This document shows positions 1 to 6,987 of a stretch of DNA of 10,260 nucleotides, piece by piece. The stretch comes from a virus. The notes beneath the pieces are model-generated. The model made no database searches. It was given only the letters and a program-made list of their open reading frames with translations, and was not told the origin of the DNA. Location: the UHGV virus genome UHGV-0142988; one strand, given 5' to 3'. The translations under genes and the position numbers were made by a program. Position 1 is the stretch's first letter; every line of letters begins with the position of its first letter.

Positions 1-38
1 CGAGTCTCGTGGGCTTCGGAGATGTGTATAAGAGACAG
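1..38. other. Sequencing adapter remnant (Nextera/Tn5 mosaic end, one-base indel) at contig start; artefact
   Basis: Positions 20-38 read AGATGTGTATAAGAGACAG, the 19-bp Tn5 mosaic end, preceded by GTCTCGTGGGCT(T)CGG, the Nextera read-2 adapter with one extra T. Confidence 0.85.
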
Positions 39-42
39 CTCA

Positions 43-238
43 TGTCCGCCCCACACGGACACTTCCCCAAATTTGTCCGTCCACCACGGACACTCACAGA
101 CACAGATGTCCTCTGTACGCACACAACGGACAAAATAATAGTGCAATATACACAACTATTACTGGAAATCAATCCAATAATTGTGCACATTGCACTATAA
201 AAATCAGTTATTTTAGAACATTATGCTCTTGTGTCCGT
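43..238. repeat. Terminal-region short repeats TGTCCG(T)/ACGGACA: two hairpin-capable inverted pairs (~43-61, ~74-92) plus solo copies (~126-132, ~232-238)
   Basis: Six copies of the 6-7-mer within ~200 bp directly after the adapter; the first two pairs are inverted repeats with 5-7 nt spacers. Confidence 0.6.
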
Positions 239-269
239 GTGTGAGAGACACATACAGGGGTGATGTTTT

Positions 270-283
270 CGAACATGTGTTCT
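270..283. promoter_or_regulatory. Candidate LexA/DinR SOS box (Cheo-box-like, cGAAC-atgt-GTTCt), with an overlapping GTTC-tat-GAAC
   Basis: GAAC-N4-GTTC with 5' flanking C, ~17 bp upstream of the predicted -35. This is the only such site I found in the window. Confidence 0.5.
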
Positions 284-299
284 ATGAACAATATGGACT

Positions 300-328
300 T
301 TGAATAAATCTAAATAATTACATATAAT
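300..328 (+). promoter_or_regulatory. Candidate sigma-A-type promoter for the rightward early operon
   Basis: TTGAAT (-35, ~300-305), 17-bp spacer, TATAAT (-10, ~323-328); ~30 bp upstream of a GAGGTG RBS and the ATG at 359. Confidence 0.5.
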
Positions 329-358
329 AATGTTATCAAATGAAAGAGAGGTGAACAG

Positions 359-508
359 ATGACAGATTACGAAGAAAGCTACAAAAATTATCTTGCATGG
401 CTCACTCCACGTGAGCTATTGCATGAATACAAGATCATGCGTTTACCGTGGCGTTATCGGGAACGAAAATGGATCAAAGAAGAAATAGAAAGTAGGTGTG
501 TGTACTAA
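359..508 (+). CDS. Small hypothetical protein (49 aa; MTDYEESYKNYLAWL...), below the ORF-track length cutoff
   Basis: ATG with GAGGTG RBS ~7 nt upstream; first ORF after the promoter; read by eye. Confidence 0.35.
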   Translation: MTDYEESYKNYLAWLTPRELLHEYKIMRLPWRYRERKWIKEEIESRCVY

Positions 509-602
509 TGTTGGATGCTATATTGTGGTTTGGTTTTGGTGCTATATTAATTTTTCCGTATGGAGTTTGGTGTGGGGCAAAATGGTCAGGAGGATATAAG
601 AA

Positions 603-806
603 ATGAAAAATTATTGTGATATATGTTTTACATGTAATGATGCTGAAGTTTGTCATTCATGTAGCCAGCCAGAGATTTGTTCCGAATTTAAAAAGTGTTT
701 TGATCATAAGCCTTATATAATGTGGGAGAAAATGACAAGTTTTGACGATATCATGAGATGTGTTGAGAAATGGAGGGTGTACAATGAGCAGACCGTTAAA
801 CAGTAA
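603..806 (+). CDS. Small Cys-rich protein (67 aa), possible zinc-ribbon-like
   Basis: AGGAGG RBS ~7 nt upstream of the ATG; CxxCxxC...CxxC spacing in the N-terminal 32 residues (seven Cys). Confidence 0.55.
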   Translation: MKNYCDICFTCNDAEVCHSCSQPEICSEFKKCFDHKPYIMWEKMTSFDDIMRCVEKWRVYNEQTVKQ

Positions 807-1041
807 GAAGTCATGGTATAAGGTATATATCAAAGAATTAAATACACCGAATATCATTAAAAGTCAGTGTAAATATAAATGCGATTATCTATTAGTAAAG
901 GCATACACAGGATCAGTCGCAATGGCAATCGTGCAGGACTACGTTGTCGAGTTTGAAGAAAATTTCCGTCCTGTATACTACAACAAATTGGAGGGAGGTG
1001 TTCCTATTGACAACAAAAAAGTCTTATTTGAAGAAGAGTAA
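784..1041 (+). CDS. Hypothetical protein (86 aa from internal ATG; track ORF begins at 760)
   Basis: GGAGGG RBS ~6 nt upstream of the ATG at 784; overlaps the 3' end of the previous gene; protein-like composition. Confidence 0.45.
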   Translation: MSRPLNSKKSWYKVYIKELNTPNIIKSQCKYKCDYLLVKAYTGSVAMAIVQDYVVEFEENFRPVYYNKLEGGVPIDNKKVLFEEE

Positions 1042-1648
1042 ACCACAAGGTCTTATAAGAACAAAAGACGATTATACGCCGCTTGCTCTCGAGTTAACAT
1101 GGGATATGAAAGACGTTAGAAAAGAGTATTCACGGTTAAGATCAATCTGGCGTAAACGTTATGAAAGATTACTGAAATCTGACTATAAAGATATCAACCT
1201 TGTAACGGATCGACCGATCCAACGTTACAAGCAGTTGAAAGATATAACAAGTGATAGAGAACTCTATCACTTGTTATCTGAACTATCAACTATTATAGGA
1301 TCAGATCGAACTACAGTAACAGGATTGAAAAAACGGGAAAAAGAGCAGATGGAACACATCAACGATGTGTATGGAACAGAGTTAAAAACGCACGAAGATT
1401 TATTAAATTTTGGACGTTTCATGGAACAGTTACGGGATTTTGCATCTGATAGAATATACGATTCTGATTTTGCAGTTGATTTATATTCTGATGGTGAAAA
1501 GCTGAGTACGGGCAAAATGTTAGAGCTATACAAGGAATTTTTGAAAACTGGATCACGTAACATCGAAAAATTGAAATCTGGCATAGCAAAGAAAGAAAAA
1601 GCGAAACGTCAGAAGAGGAAAGCAGGCAAACGTAAACGTAGGAGGTAA
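1007..1648 (+). CDS. Candidate terminal protein (~213 aa if started at TTG 1007; track ORF 944..1648)
   Basis: Directly upstream of, and translationally coupled to, the protein-primed DNA polymerase (its stop lies in the polymerase RBS). Strongly basic C-terminal tail KKEKAKRQKRKAGKRKRRR. GGAGGGAGGTG lies ~6 nt upstream of TTG 1007. Function is from synteny, not homology. Confidence 0.45.
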   Translation: MTTKKSYLKKSKPQGLIRTKDDYTPLALELTWDMKDVRKEYSRLRSIWRKRYERLLKSDYKDINLVTDRPIQRYKQLKDITSDRELYHLLSELSTIIGSDRTTVTGLKKREKEQMEHINDVYGTELKTHEDLLNFGRFMEQLRDFASDRIYDSDFAVDLYSDGEKLSTGKMLELYKEFLKTGSRNIEKLKSGIAKKEKAKRQKRKAGKRKRRR

Positions 1649-1651
1649 CAC

Positions 1652-3733
1652 ATGGAAAATCTGTATACTATTGACACATATAATTATAATAGAATACGGA
1701 ATTTACCATGTTTACATGATACTAGGTCTAACAAAGGAAGTAAAAAAGCAAAAGGTTATAAAAATTGTCTGTGTGCTTTCGATATCGAAACAACTAGATT
1801 GGAAGATATCGAGCAGTCAATAATGTATATCTGGCAGTTTTCAATTCTTTTTCTTGATGATTTACATGTTGATACGATAATTGGAAGAACGTGGACAGAA
1901 TTTGAGTTATTTCTTGATAATCTTATGAATGACGATAACTATGCATATTATATGATTTTTGTTCATAATCTTTCATATGAATTTCAGTTTTTGCGTGGTA
2001 TATATACATTTTCACCGGATGAAGTTTTTGCCATAAAATCACGTAGAATATTGAAATGTGAAATGTTAGAGCGTTTCGAGTTTCGTTGCTCATATTTACA
2101 AACTAATATGTCACTAAATACGTTTACCTCAAAAATGAAAGTAAAACATCAGAAATTATCTGGTGAAAAATTCGATTATAGTAAAAAGCGTTTTCCATGG
2201 ACAGAACTAACCGATTATGAAATAAAGTATAGTACATACGACACGATTGGACTAGTTGAAGCAATGTATAAACGTATGATACTGTCAAATGACAATCTAT
2301 ATACACTACCATTAACGTCAACCGGTTATGTACGTCGTGAAACGAAAAAAGCCATGTATGGTTGGTCACGAAAACACAAGGATATATTTCCCACTATAGA
2401 TGTTTTCGATCTGCTAGAGGAGGCGTTTCGGGGCGGAGATACTCACGCTAACCGTTATTACTCAGGAACCGTGATACGTGCATATGGTAAAAATATTCTA
2501 GGAATCGGTTCATATGATAGGTCATCCTCTTATCCTGACGTTGTGTTGAATTGTGTTTTCCCGATGACACGTTTTGTATATATCGGATCAATAGATGAAT
2601 CTGATATAGATAAGAAACTGGATAGAGGAAAAGCACTCTTATTCCGATGTAAAATAACAGGTATTGAGCAGATCGACAAGTATTACGGATCGCCCTATAT
2701 TTCATATTCAAAATGTAGAAATGTTTCATGTGAAACACTTGACAATGGGCGTATTTTAAGTGCTGACTATATTGAAATAACGCTCACTGATATTGATTAT
2801 GAGATAATGAAACGTGAGTACAAATGGAAACATTTTGAAATAACAGAGTGTTATGAGAGTAAATACGGAGCATTGCCAGAACCGTTGAAAGACATTTTCC
2901 GTAAATATTATACTGACAAAACAGAGTTAAAAGGAATCGTGGAACAGGAACTTTTCTACAACTTGCAAAAGGCTTTGCTTAACGCTGGCTATGGAATGAT
3001 GGTTCAATCACCCGTGAAACAGTCGTTAATATTTACAGAATCGGCAGAAAACATATATACAGTTGATGAAAATGTTTCACGTGAAACATTACTCACTAAA
3101 TATAACAGAACAGCTTTCTTGCCTTATCAATGGGGTGTTTGGGTAACAGCATGGGCACGCCAGCGATTGAAAGAGGGTATAAACATAGTTGGAGATCGTT
3201 ACGTTTACAGCGATACGGATTCAGTAAAATATATAAAAGTAAGAGGTGATAATATTGACGAGTTATTTGATAGATACAATTCTGAGAGAAAAGAGCAAAG
3301 TATCTCCAATTCCGCATACGCAACAGACCGTTATGGCGTTAAACATTATATGGGGGTGTATGAATTCGAGGATACGTATACTGAATTCTCCACCATTGGT
3401 ACAAAAAAATATGTCTATAGAACTAAAGATGGAAAACTACACGCAACAATCGCAGGAGTTAATAAAAAGCTTGCACCGGATGAGTTGGAAGAACATGGAG
3501 GAATTGAAGCTTTCAAAACTGGATTTACCTTTTTACGATCAGGAGGAACTGAAAGCGTGTACAATGACGTTCCTTATGGGGATTACACCGTGGAAAATCA
3601 TGTTTTAAAAATTACACAAAATGTAGTTATCAGACCGTCAACTTACACAATAGGAATAACAGATGAGTACCGTAGGATTTTGGCAGACGCAAGAACATTA
3701 AAAGAATTTAAATATACTTTTGACAAAAATTAA
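1652..3733 (+). CDS. Protein-primed family-B DNA polymerase (693 aa)
   Basis: AGGAGG RBS. Exo I FDIETT, Exo II HNLSYEF, Exo III YSTYDTIGLVEAM, motif A YDRSSSYP (Dx2SLYP-like), motif B KALLNAGYG (Kx3NSxYG-like), motif C YSDTDS, KxY in TIGTKKYVY. Confidence 0.95.
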   Translation: MENLYTIDTYNYNRIRNLPCLHDTRSNKGSKKAKGYKNCLCAFDIETTRLEDIEQSIMYIWQFSILFLDDLHVDTIIGRTWTEFELFLDNLMNDDNYAYYMIFVHNLSYEFQFLRGIYTFSPDEVFAIKSRRILKCEMLERFEFRCSYLQTNMSLNTFTSKMKVKHQKLSGEKFDYSKKRFPWTELTDYEIKYSTYDTIGLVEAMYKRMILSNDNLYTLPLTSTGYVRRETKKAMYGWSRKHKDIFPTIDVFDLLEEAFRGGDTHANRYYSGTVIRAYGKNILGIGSYDRSSSYPDVVLNCVFPMTRFVYIGSIDESDIDKKLDRGKALLFRCKITGIEQIDKYYGSPYISYSKCRNVSCETLDNGRILSADYIEITLTDIDYEIMKREYKWKHFEITECYESKYGALPEPLKDIFRKYYTDKTELKGIVEQELFYNLQKALLNAGYGMMVQSPVKQSLIFTESAENIYTVDENVSRETLLTKYNRTAFLPYQWGVWVTAWARQRLKEGINIVGDRYVYSDTDSVKYIKVRGDNIDELFDRYNSERKEQSISNSAYATDRYGVKHYMGVYEFEDTYTEFSTIGTKKYVYRTKDGKLHATIAGVNKKLAPDELEEHGGIEAFKTGFTFLRSGGTESVYNDVPYGDYTVENHVLKITQNVVIRPSTYTIGITDEYRRILADARTLKEFKYTFDKN

Positions 3734-3781
3734 CATATGTGTTATAATTCATGTAAAGAGATATTACAAGGAGGTGATAAT

Positions 3782-4036
3782 ATGAAAATTACACGTTCAT
3801 TAACAGTTAACAAGATCAACGTTATCTGCTACGATCCTGAGAATAAGTGTGAGTTTGTACAGGAAGTTGGTTTGATCGGAAATCTTACTGATGAGCAGAT
3901 CAGCAAAGAGATTAAAAAAAGAAATTTTGGAATTGTTATTGATTGGGAAAGAACATCAGAAGAAACAAAATTATACGGAATGGATGCCGAAGTGTTTTTA
4001 AAAAATGCAATCATTATTAAAGAAAAGGAGAACTAA
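3782..4036 (+). CDS. Hypothetical small protein (84 aa from internal ATG)
   Basis: AGGAGGTG RBS ~6 nt upstream of the ATG at 3782; sits between polymerase and ATPase genes. Confidence 0.55.
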   Translation: MKITRSLTVNKINVICYDPENKCEFVQEVGLIGNLTDEQISKEIKKRNFGIVIDWERTSEETKLYGMDAEVFLKNAIIIKEKEN

Positions 4037-4039
4037 ATC

Positions 4040-4474
4040 ATGGCAAAGAATTATACTATCATTAAATCATCGGGAAACCTTGATACCTATTCAGAATATG
4101 AACTCATCGAGTCACCTGCAATCGTTTCACTTAAAAACGTAGAAAACAAAGGACTTATCTGTGTTGGAGCGTGGGTGAAATATCTTACCACCGACAATAT
4201 CGGAAATGAAATAACCTGCATTTCAGTGCAGGACGCAAACACAGGAGAGGTATTCTCAGGTCAGTCAGCACCTTTCAGAGAAACATTCGAGGCTGTTACC
4301 GATCGTATTTCTGACATGGACGAAGCTCCAGAAATGTTTTTCATCGAGGTTCTTCATAGACAGTCAAAGTCAGGTCGTGATTATCTTATGTGCGCACTTG
4401 TTTCCCCGGATCGTGCTTTTGCCCGCATGGGATATACTGAAAAGAACATTCCTATGCCAGAGCCCCAGAAATAA
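4040..4474 (+). CDS. Hypothetical protein (144 aa); an SSB or DNA-binding role is only a positional guess
   Basis: AAGGAGA RBS before the ATG at 4040; tightly packed with neighbours; no motif recognised. Confidence 0.6.
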   Translation: MAKNYTIIKSSGNLDTYSEYELIESPAIVSLKNVENKGLICVGAWVKYLTTDNIGNEITCISVQDANTGEVFSGQSAPFRETFEAVTDRISDMDEAPEMFFIEVLHRQSKSGRDYLMCALVSPDRAFARMGYTEKNIPMPEPQK

Positions 4475-4475
4475 T

Positions 4476-5525
4476 ATGTTATCGTTATACGAAAATAGCG
4501 GGTATCTATCGATACCCGCTATTTTAGGATATGGACAAAAGTTTAATTACATCTGGGGTGGCCGTGGTACGGGGAAAACTTACGGTGCTCTTAAATACTG
4601 TATTGAACATAAAAAAATTTTTGCTTATATGCGATCATTGCAAACACAAATTGATATGATTAAAATTCCAGAACTTTCACCTTTTAAAAAATTAAATCGT
4701 GATTTAGGATGGTCAATATATCCGAAAAGTGTCGGGAAAAATATTGCTGTGTATTATAATGCAGAAATTGACGAAAATGGTAAAATAAAATATACTGGAG
4801 ATATACTCGGTTATTCCATAGCGTTAAATACATTTGCCAATTTACGAGGTTTTGATGCATCAGACGTTGAGATAGGAATATATGATGAATTTATCCCCGA
4901 AAAACGTGAACGCAAAGTTGAAAATGCTGGATATGCTTTTAAAAACGCATATGAAACAATGAATCGAAACCGTGAACTTGATGGAATTAATCCGATACAG
5001 TTTTTATTGTTTTCTAATTCTGAAAGTTTATCATGTGATATGTTTATAGAGAATAATTTAATGGAAAAAGTATCGAGCATGGATATTAATAAACAATCTA
5101 TGTCTATTATACGTGATAGAGGTATTGGACTTTTTAACTTGTATGATTCGCCGATTTCTGAAAAGAAAAAAGACACAGCTCTGTATAAAATGTCTGGATC
5201 AGATTCAGCATTTAACAGGATGGCACTAGGAAATGAATTTTATTCCGCTGATTATTCAGGAATTAGAAGCATGAACATTAAAGAACTGATACCACTATGT
5301 AAAATGGACGCTATTACAATATATCAGCACAAGAGAAAAGACTTAATATATGTAACACGGCACAGCTCTGGTACACCGCCAGAGTATTCCAATACAGATA
5401 AGGATGTAAAAGCTTTCAGACGAGATTTTATTTATTTATGGGATATGTATTTATCAAACAAGGTGCTGTTTGAGGATATCACAAGCAAGTCCCTATTTGA
5501 GATTTATTTTAAAAATAAATATTGA
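4476..5525 (+). CDS. P-loop ATPase, phi29 gp16-like DNA encapsidation ATPase candidate (349 aa from the ATG right after the upstream stop)
   Basis: Walker A GGRGTGKT near the N-terminus and Walker B EIGIYDEF about 110 residues later. Size and motif spacing fit phage packaging ATPases of the ASCE/FtsK-HerA class. Confidence 0.75.
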   Translation: MLSLYENSGYLSIPAILGYGQKFNYIWGGRGTGKTYGALKYCIEHKKIFAYMRSLQTQIDMIKIPELSPFKKLNRDLGWSIYPKSVGKNIAVYYNAEIDENGKIKYTGDILGYSIALNTFANLRGFDASDVEIGIYDEFIPEKRERKVENAGYAFKNAYETMNRNRELDGINPIQFLLFSNSESLSCDMFIENNLMEKVSSMDINKQSMSIIRDRGIGLFNLYDSPISEKKKDTALYKMSGSDSAFNRMALGNEFYSADYSGIRSMNIKELIPLCKMDAITIYQHKRKDLIYVTRHSSGTPPEYSNTDKDVKAFRRDFIYLWDMYLSNKVLFEDITSKSLFEIYFKNKY

Positions 5526-5671
5526 TTTTGTGTTTTATATCTGATATTATCTTTAATAGAAAGACAAGTGTTCGTGGCACACGTACAACACGTCGGGAGC
5601 GTGGGATCATAAGAATCCAATGTGCATGAGCATGTACAGCTCAAGAATTTGTAACACTTAATCTTTCATCA

Positions 5672-5708
5672 CATATGCAGAGTGTCAAAGCCTGCATATG
5701 TTTTGTTT
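5672..5708 (+). terminator. Candidate intrinsic terminator after the ATPase operon
   Basis: 9-bp stem CATATGCAG / CTGCATATG with an 11-nt loop, followed by TTTTGTTT. Confidence 0.55.
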
Positions 5709-5754
5709 CACGTGAAACATTTATCACCTTTCTTTAATGTTTCACGTGAAACAT
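5704..5754. promoter_or_regulatory. Tandem palindromic operator-like sites: TGTTTCACGTGAAACA (~5704-5719) and ATGTTTCACGTGAAACAT (~5737-5754)
   Basis: Two perfect 16-18-bp palindromes 33 bp apart, directly upstream of a TATAAT-like element (~5774-5779) and the RBS of the gene at 5791. Confidence 0.6.
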
Positions 5755-5790
5755 GTTATATGTTGTGCTAATATATAATGGAGGTGAAAT

Positions 5791-5988
5791 ATGGACGTTA
5801 ACTCATTATCAACTCTTATCAGTAACATTGGTGTGCCTTGCGCCTGCCTTATTGCGACTTTCTATCTTTGGCAGAAAGAAACGGATTCTCACAAAGAAGA
5901 AATGAAACGCATGACAGACGCACTCAACAACAACACTCAGGCACTTACAAAACTCACAGAACATATCACAGGAAGTGAAAAAAAATGA
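5791..5988 (+). CDS. Small single-pass membrane protein, holin-like (65 aa)
   Basis: GGAGGTG RBS; one hydrophobic segment (LSTLISNIGVPCACLIATFYLW) then a charged C-terminal tail; ATGA overlap with the next gene. Confidence 0.55.
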   Translation: MDVNSLSTLISNIGVPCACLIATFYLWQKETDSHKEEMKRMTDALNNNTQALTKLTEHITGSEKK

Positions 5989-6230
5989 CGATTAACTACA
6001 ACAAAAATATCAGAGGTGTGTATATCGTCGCAACGAACACAGGGCCTCTGATGGTCAGGGCAGAGCCTAGTACAGACGGAACAGTTATCGCAGAAATGCC
6101 GAAAAACACAAAATGCATCTGTCTAGGATGCTATTCTGGAAACTGGTATGCAGTCATTTACGAACATGACAGTATCATTTCCACCGGCTTTTCTCACAAA
6201 AATTATCTCAGGAGGGATTATAAGATATGA
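5985..6230 (+). CDS. Stand-alone SH3b-like cell-wall-binding domain protein (81 aa)
   Basis: Pattern GVYIVATNTGPLMVRAEPSTDGTVIAEMPKNTKCICLG...GNWYAVIYEH...GFSHKNYLRR resembles bacterial SH3 domains; no catalytic domain attached. Confidence 0.6.
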   Translation: MTINYNKNIRGVYIVATNTGPLMVRAEPSTDGTVIAEMPKNTKCICLGCYSGNWYAVIYEHDSIISTGFSHKNYLRRDYKI

Positions 6231-6421
6231 CGTTAGACAACTTAATTACACTCATTTCAGCAGGATTCACGAAAGAAGAGATCCTCACAATGTCAGGTAC
6301 AGTCACCCAGCGTGCCCCACAGCCACAGCCACAGCCACAGCCACAGCCACAGCCACAGCCACAGCCACAGCCACAAAATACAAAGCAGAAATTGCAAAAT
6401 CAAGATCTAAATACAAATTAA
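6227..6421 (+). CDS. Small protein with a (PQ)10 linker-like repeat (64 aa)
   Basis: ATGA overlap with the upstream gene; contains the in-frame hexamer repeat. Confidence 0.5.
   Translation: MTLDNLITLISAGFTKEEILTMSGTVTQRAPQPQPQPQPQPQPQPQPQPQNTKQKLQNQDLNTN
6317..6375. repeat. Tandem hexanucleotide repeat (CCACAG) x ~9.8
   Basis: Perfect tandem copies read directly in the sequence; encodes PQPQ... in the 6227 ORF frame. Confidence 0.95.
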
Positions 6422-6608
6422 GTGATATTTTAATTCGTGTAGAAAAAAATAGCCTTTATTTTTATTTGCGTAAATGATTCCTTTACTTTTAGCACTAAAA
6501 GCAAGAAAACTATAATTTTATAATTTTCTTTGTTTAAGGCCAGTAATGTTTTCGGCGTTTCAATTGTCCTCGACGAAGGCCGCTTCCGCGACCTTATCTA
6601 GCCCGTGC

Positions 6609-6965
6609 TCATTGAGAACGATCAACTACCATGTATGTTGGTTGACACAGGCTGCCGCGTTCCTGTAACCAGTAGTAATCAAGATCCGCAACACGCATAT
6701 CCAACCCCGAATCCACACGATTGATCTGTAACCGCAGCCCTACAGTATCTTTGTACGATAAACCAGATTTAACATTGTACTTGTACTTAACCCCGCTTTC
6801 TTCTTCAAAAGATTTGAGATAAGGGGGGATTTGCTTCTGAATTTCTTTCAAACAAATAACTTCCCCATCAATTACGAACGGCTTTTCAGTTTTACCGTCA
6901 GGAATAGTAGCCGCAATTGTGGTTAATGGAACTATCGACAACAGTACTGATAATGCTCTTTTCAT
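6609..6965 (-). CDS. Secreted small protein with N-terminal signal peptide (118 aa from the MKRALS start)
   Basis: AAGGGGA RBS before the internal ATG; MKRALSVLLSIVPLTTIAA is signal-peptide-like with no lipobox Cys; ~20 nt downstream of the partner gene. Confidence 0.6.
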   Translation of the reverse strand: MKRALSVLLSIVPLTTIAATIPDGKTEKPFVIDGEVICLKEIQKQIPPYLKSFEEESGVKYKYNVKSGLSYKDTVGLRLQINRVDSGLDMRVADLDYYWLQERGSLCQPTYMVVDRSQ

Positions 6966-6987
6966 CTGTTCTTCCCCTTGAATATAA

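Noticed and set aside
9-200. Track ORF of 63 aa on the plus strand at the extreme left end
   Set aside because: It starts inside the adapter and runs through the repeat-rich terminal region; composition is not protein-like.
239-256. TGTGTGAGAGACACATACAG, superficially similar to the Tn5 mosaic end
   Set aside because: Only a partial word match (AGAGACA) with the mosaic end; more likely part of the native terminal repeats.
474-857. Minus-strand ORFs 474-656 and 657-857
   Set aside because: They overlap the RBS-supported plus-strand small genes in an operon that is otherwise entirely rightward; their translations are low-complexity.
2124-3608. Track ORFs nested inside the polymerase gene (2124-2369 minus, 2448-2738 minus, 3096-3323 minus, 3246-3608 plus)
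   Set aside because: Embedded in a well-supported CDS with intact catalytic motifs, lacking RBS and with low-complexity translations typical of off-frame AT-rich sequence.
4811-5176. Antisense 121-aa ORF inside the ATPase gene, and antisense 1267-1584 inside the terminal-protein gene
   Set aside because: Antisense to strongly supported genes; no start context.
6148-6477. Plus-strand ORF translating the hexamer repeat as TATATATA...
   Set aside because: Alternative frame of the (CCACAG)n repeat; the PQ frame is the one coupled to the upstream gene by an ATGA overlap.
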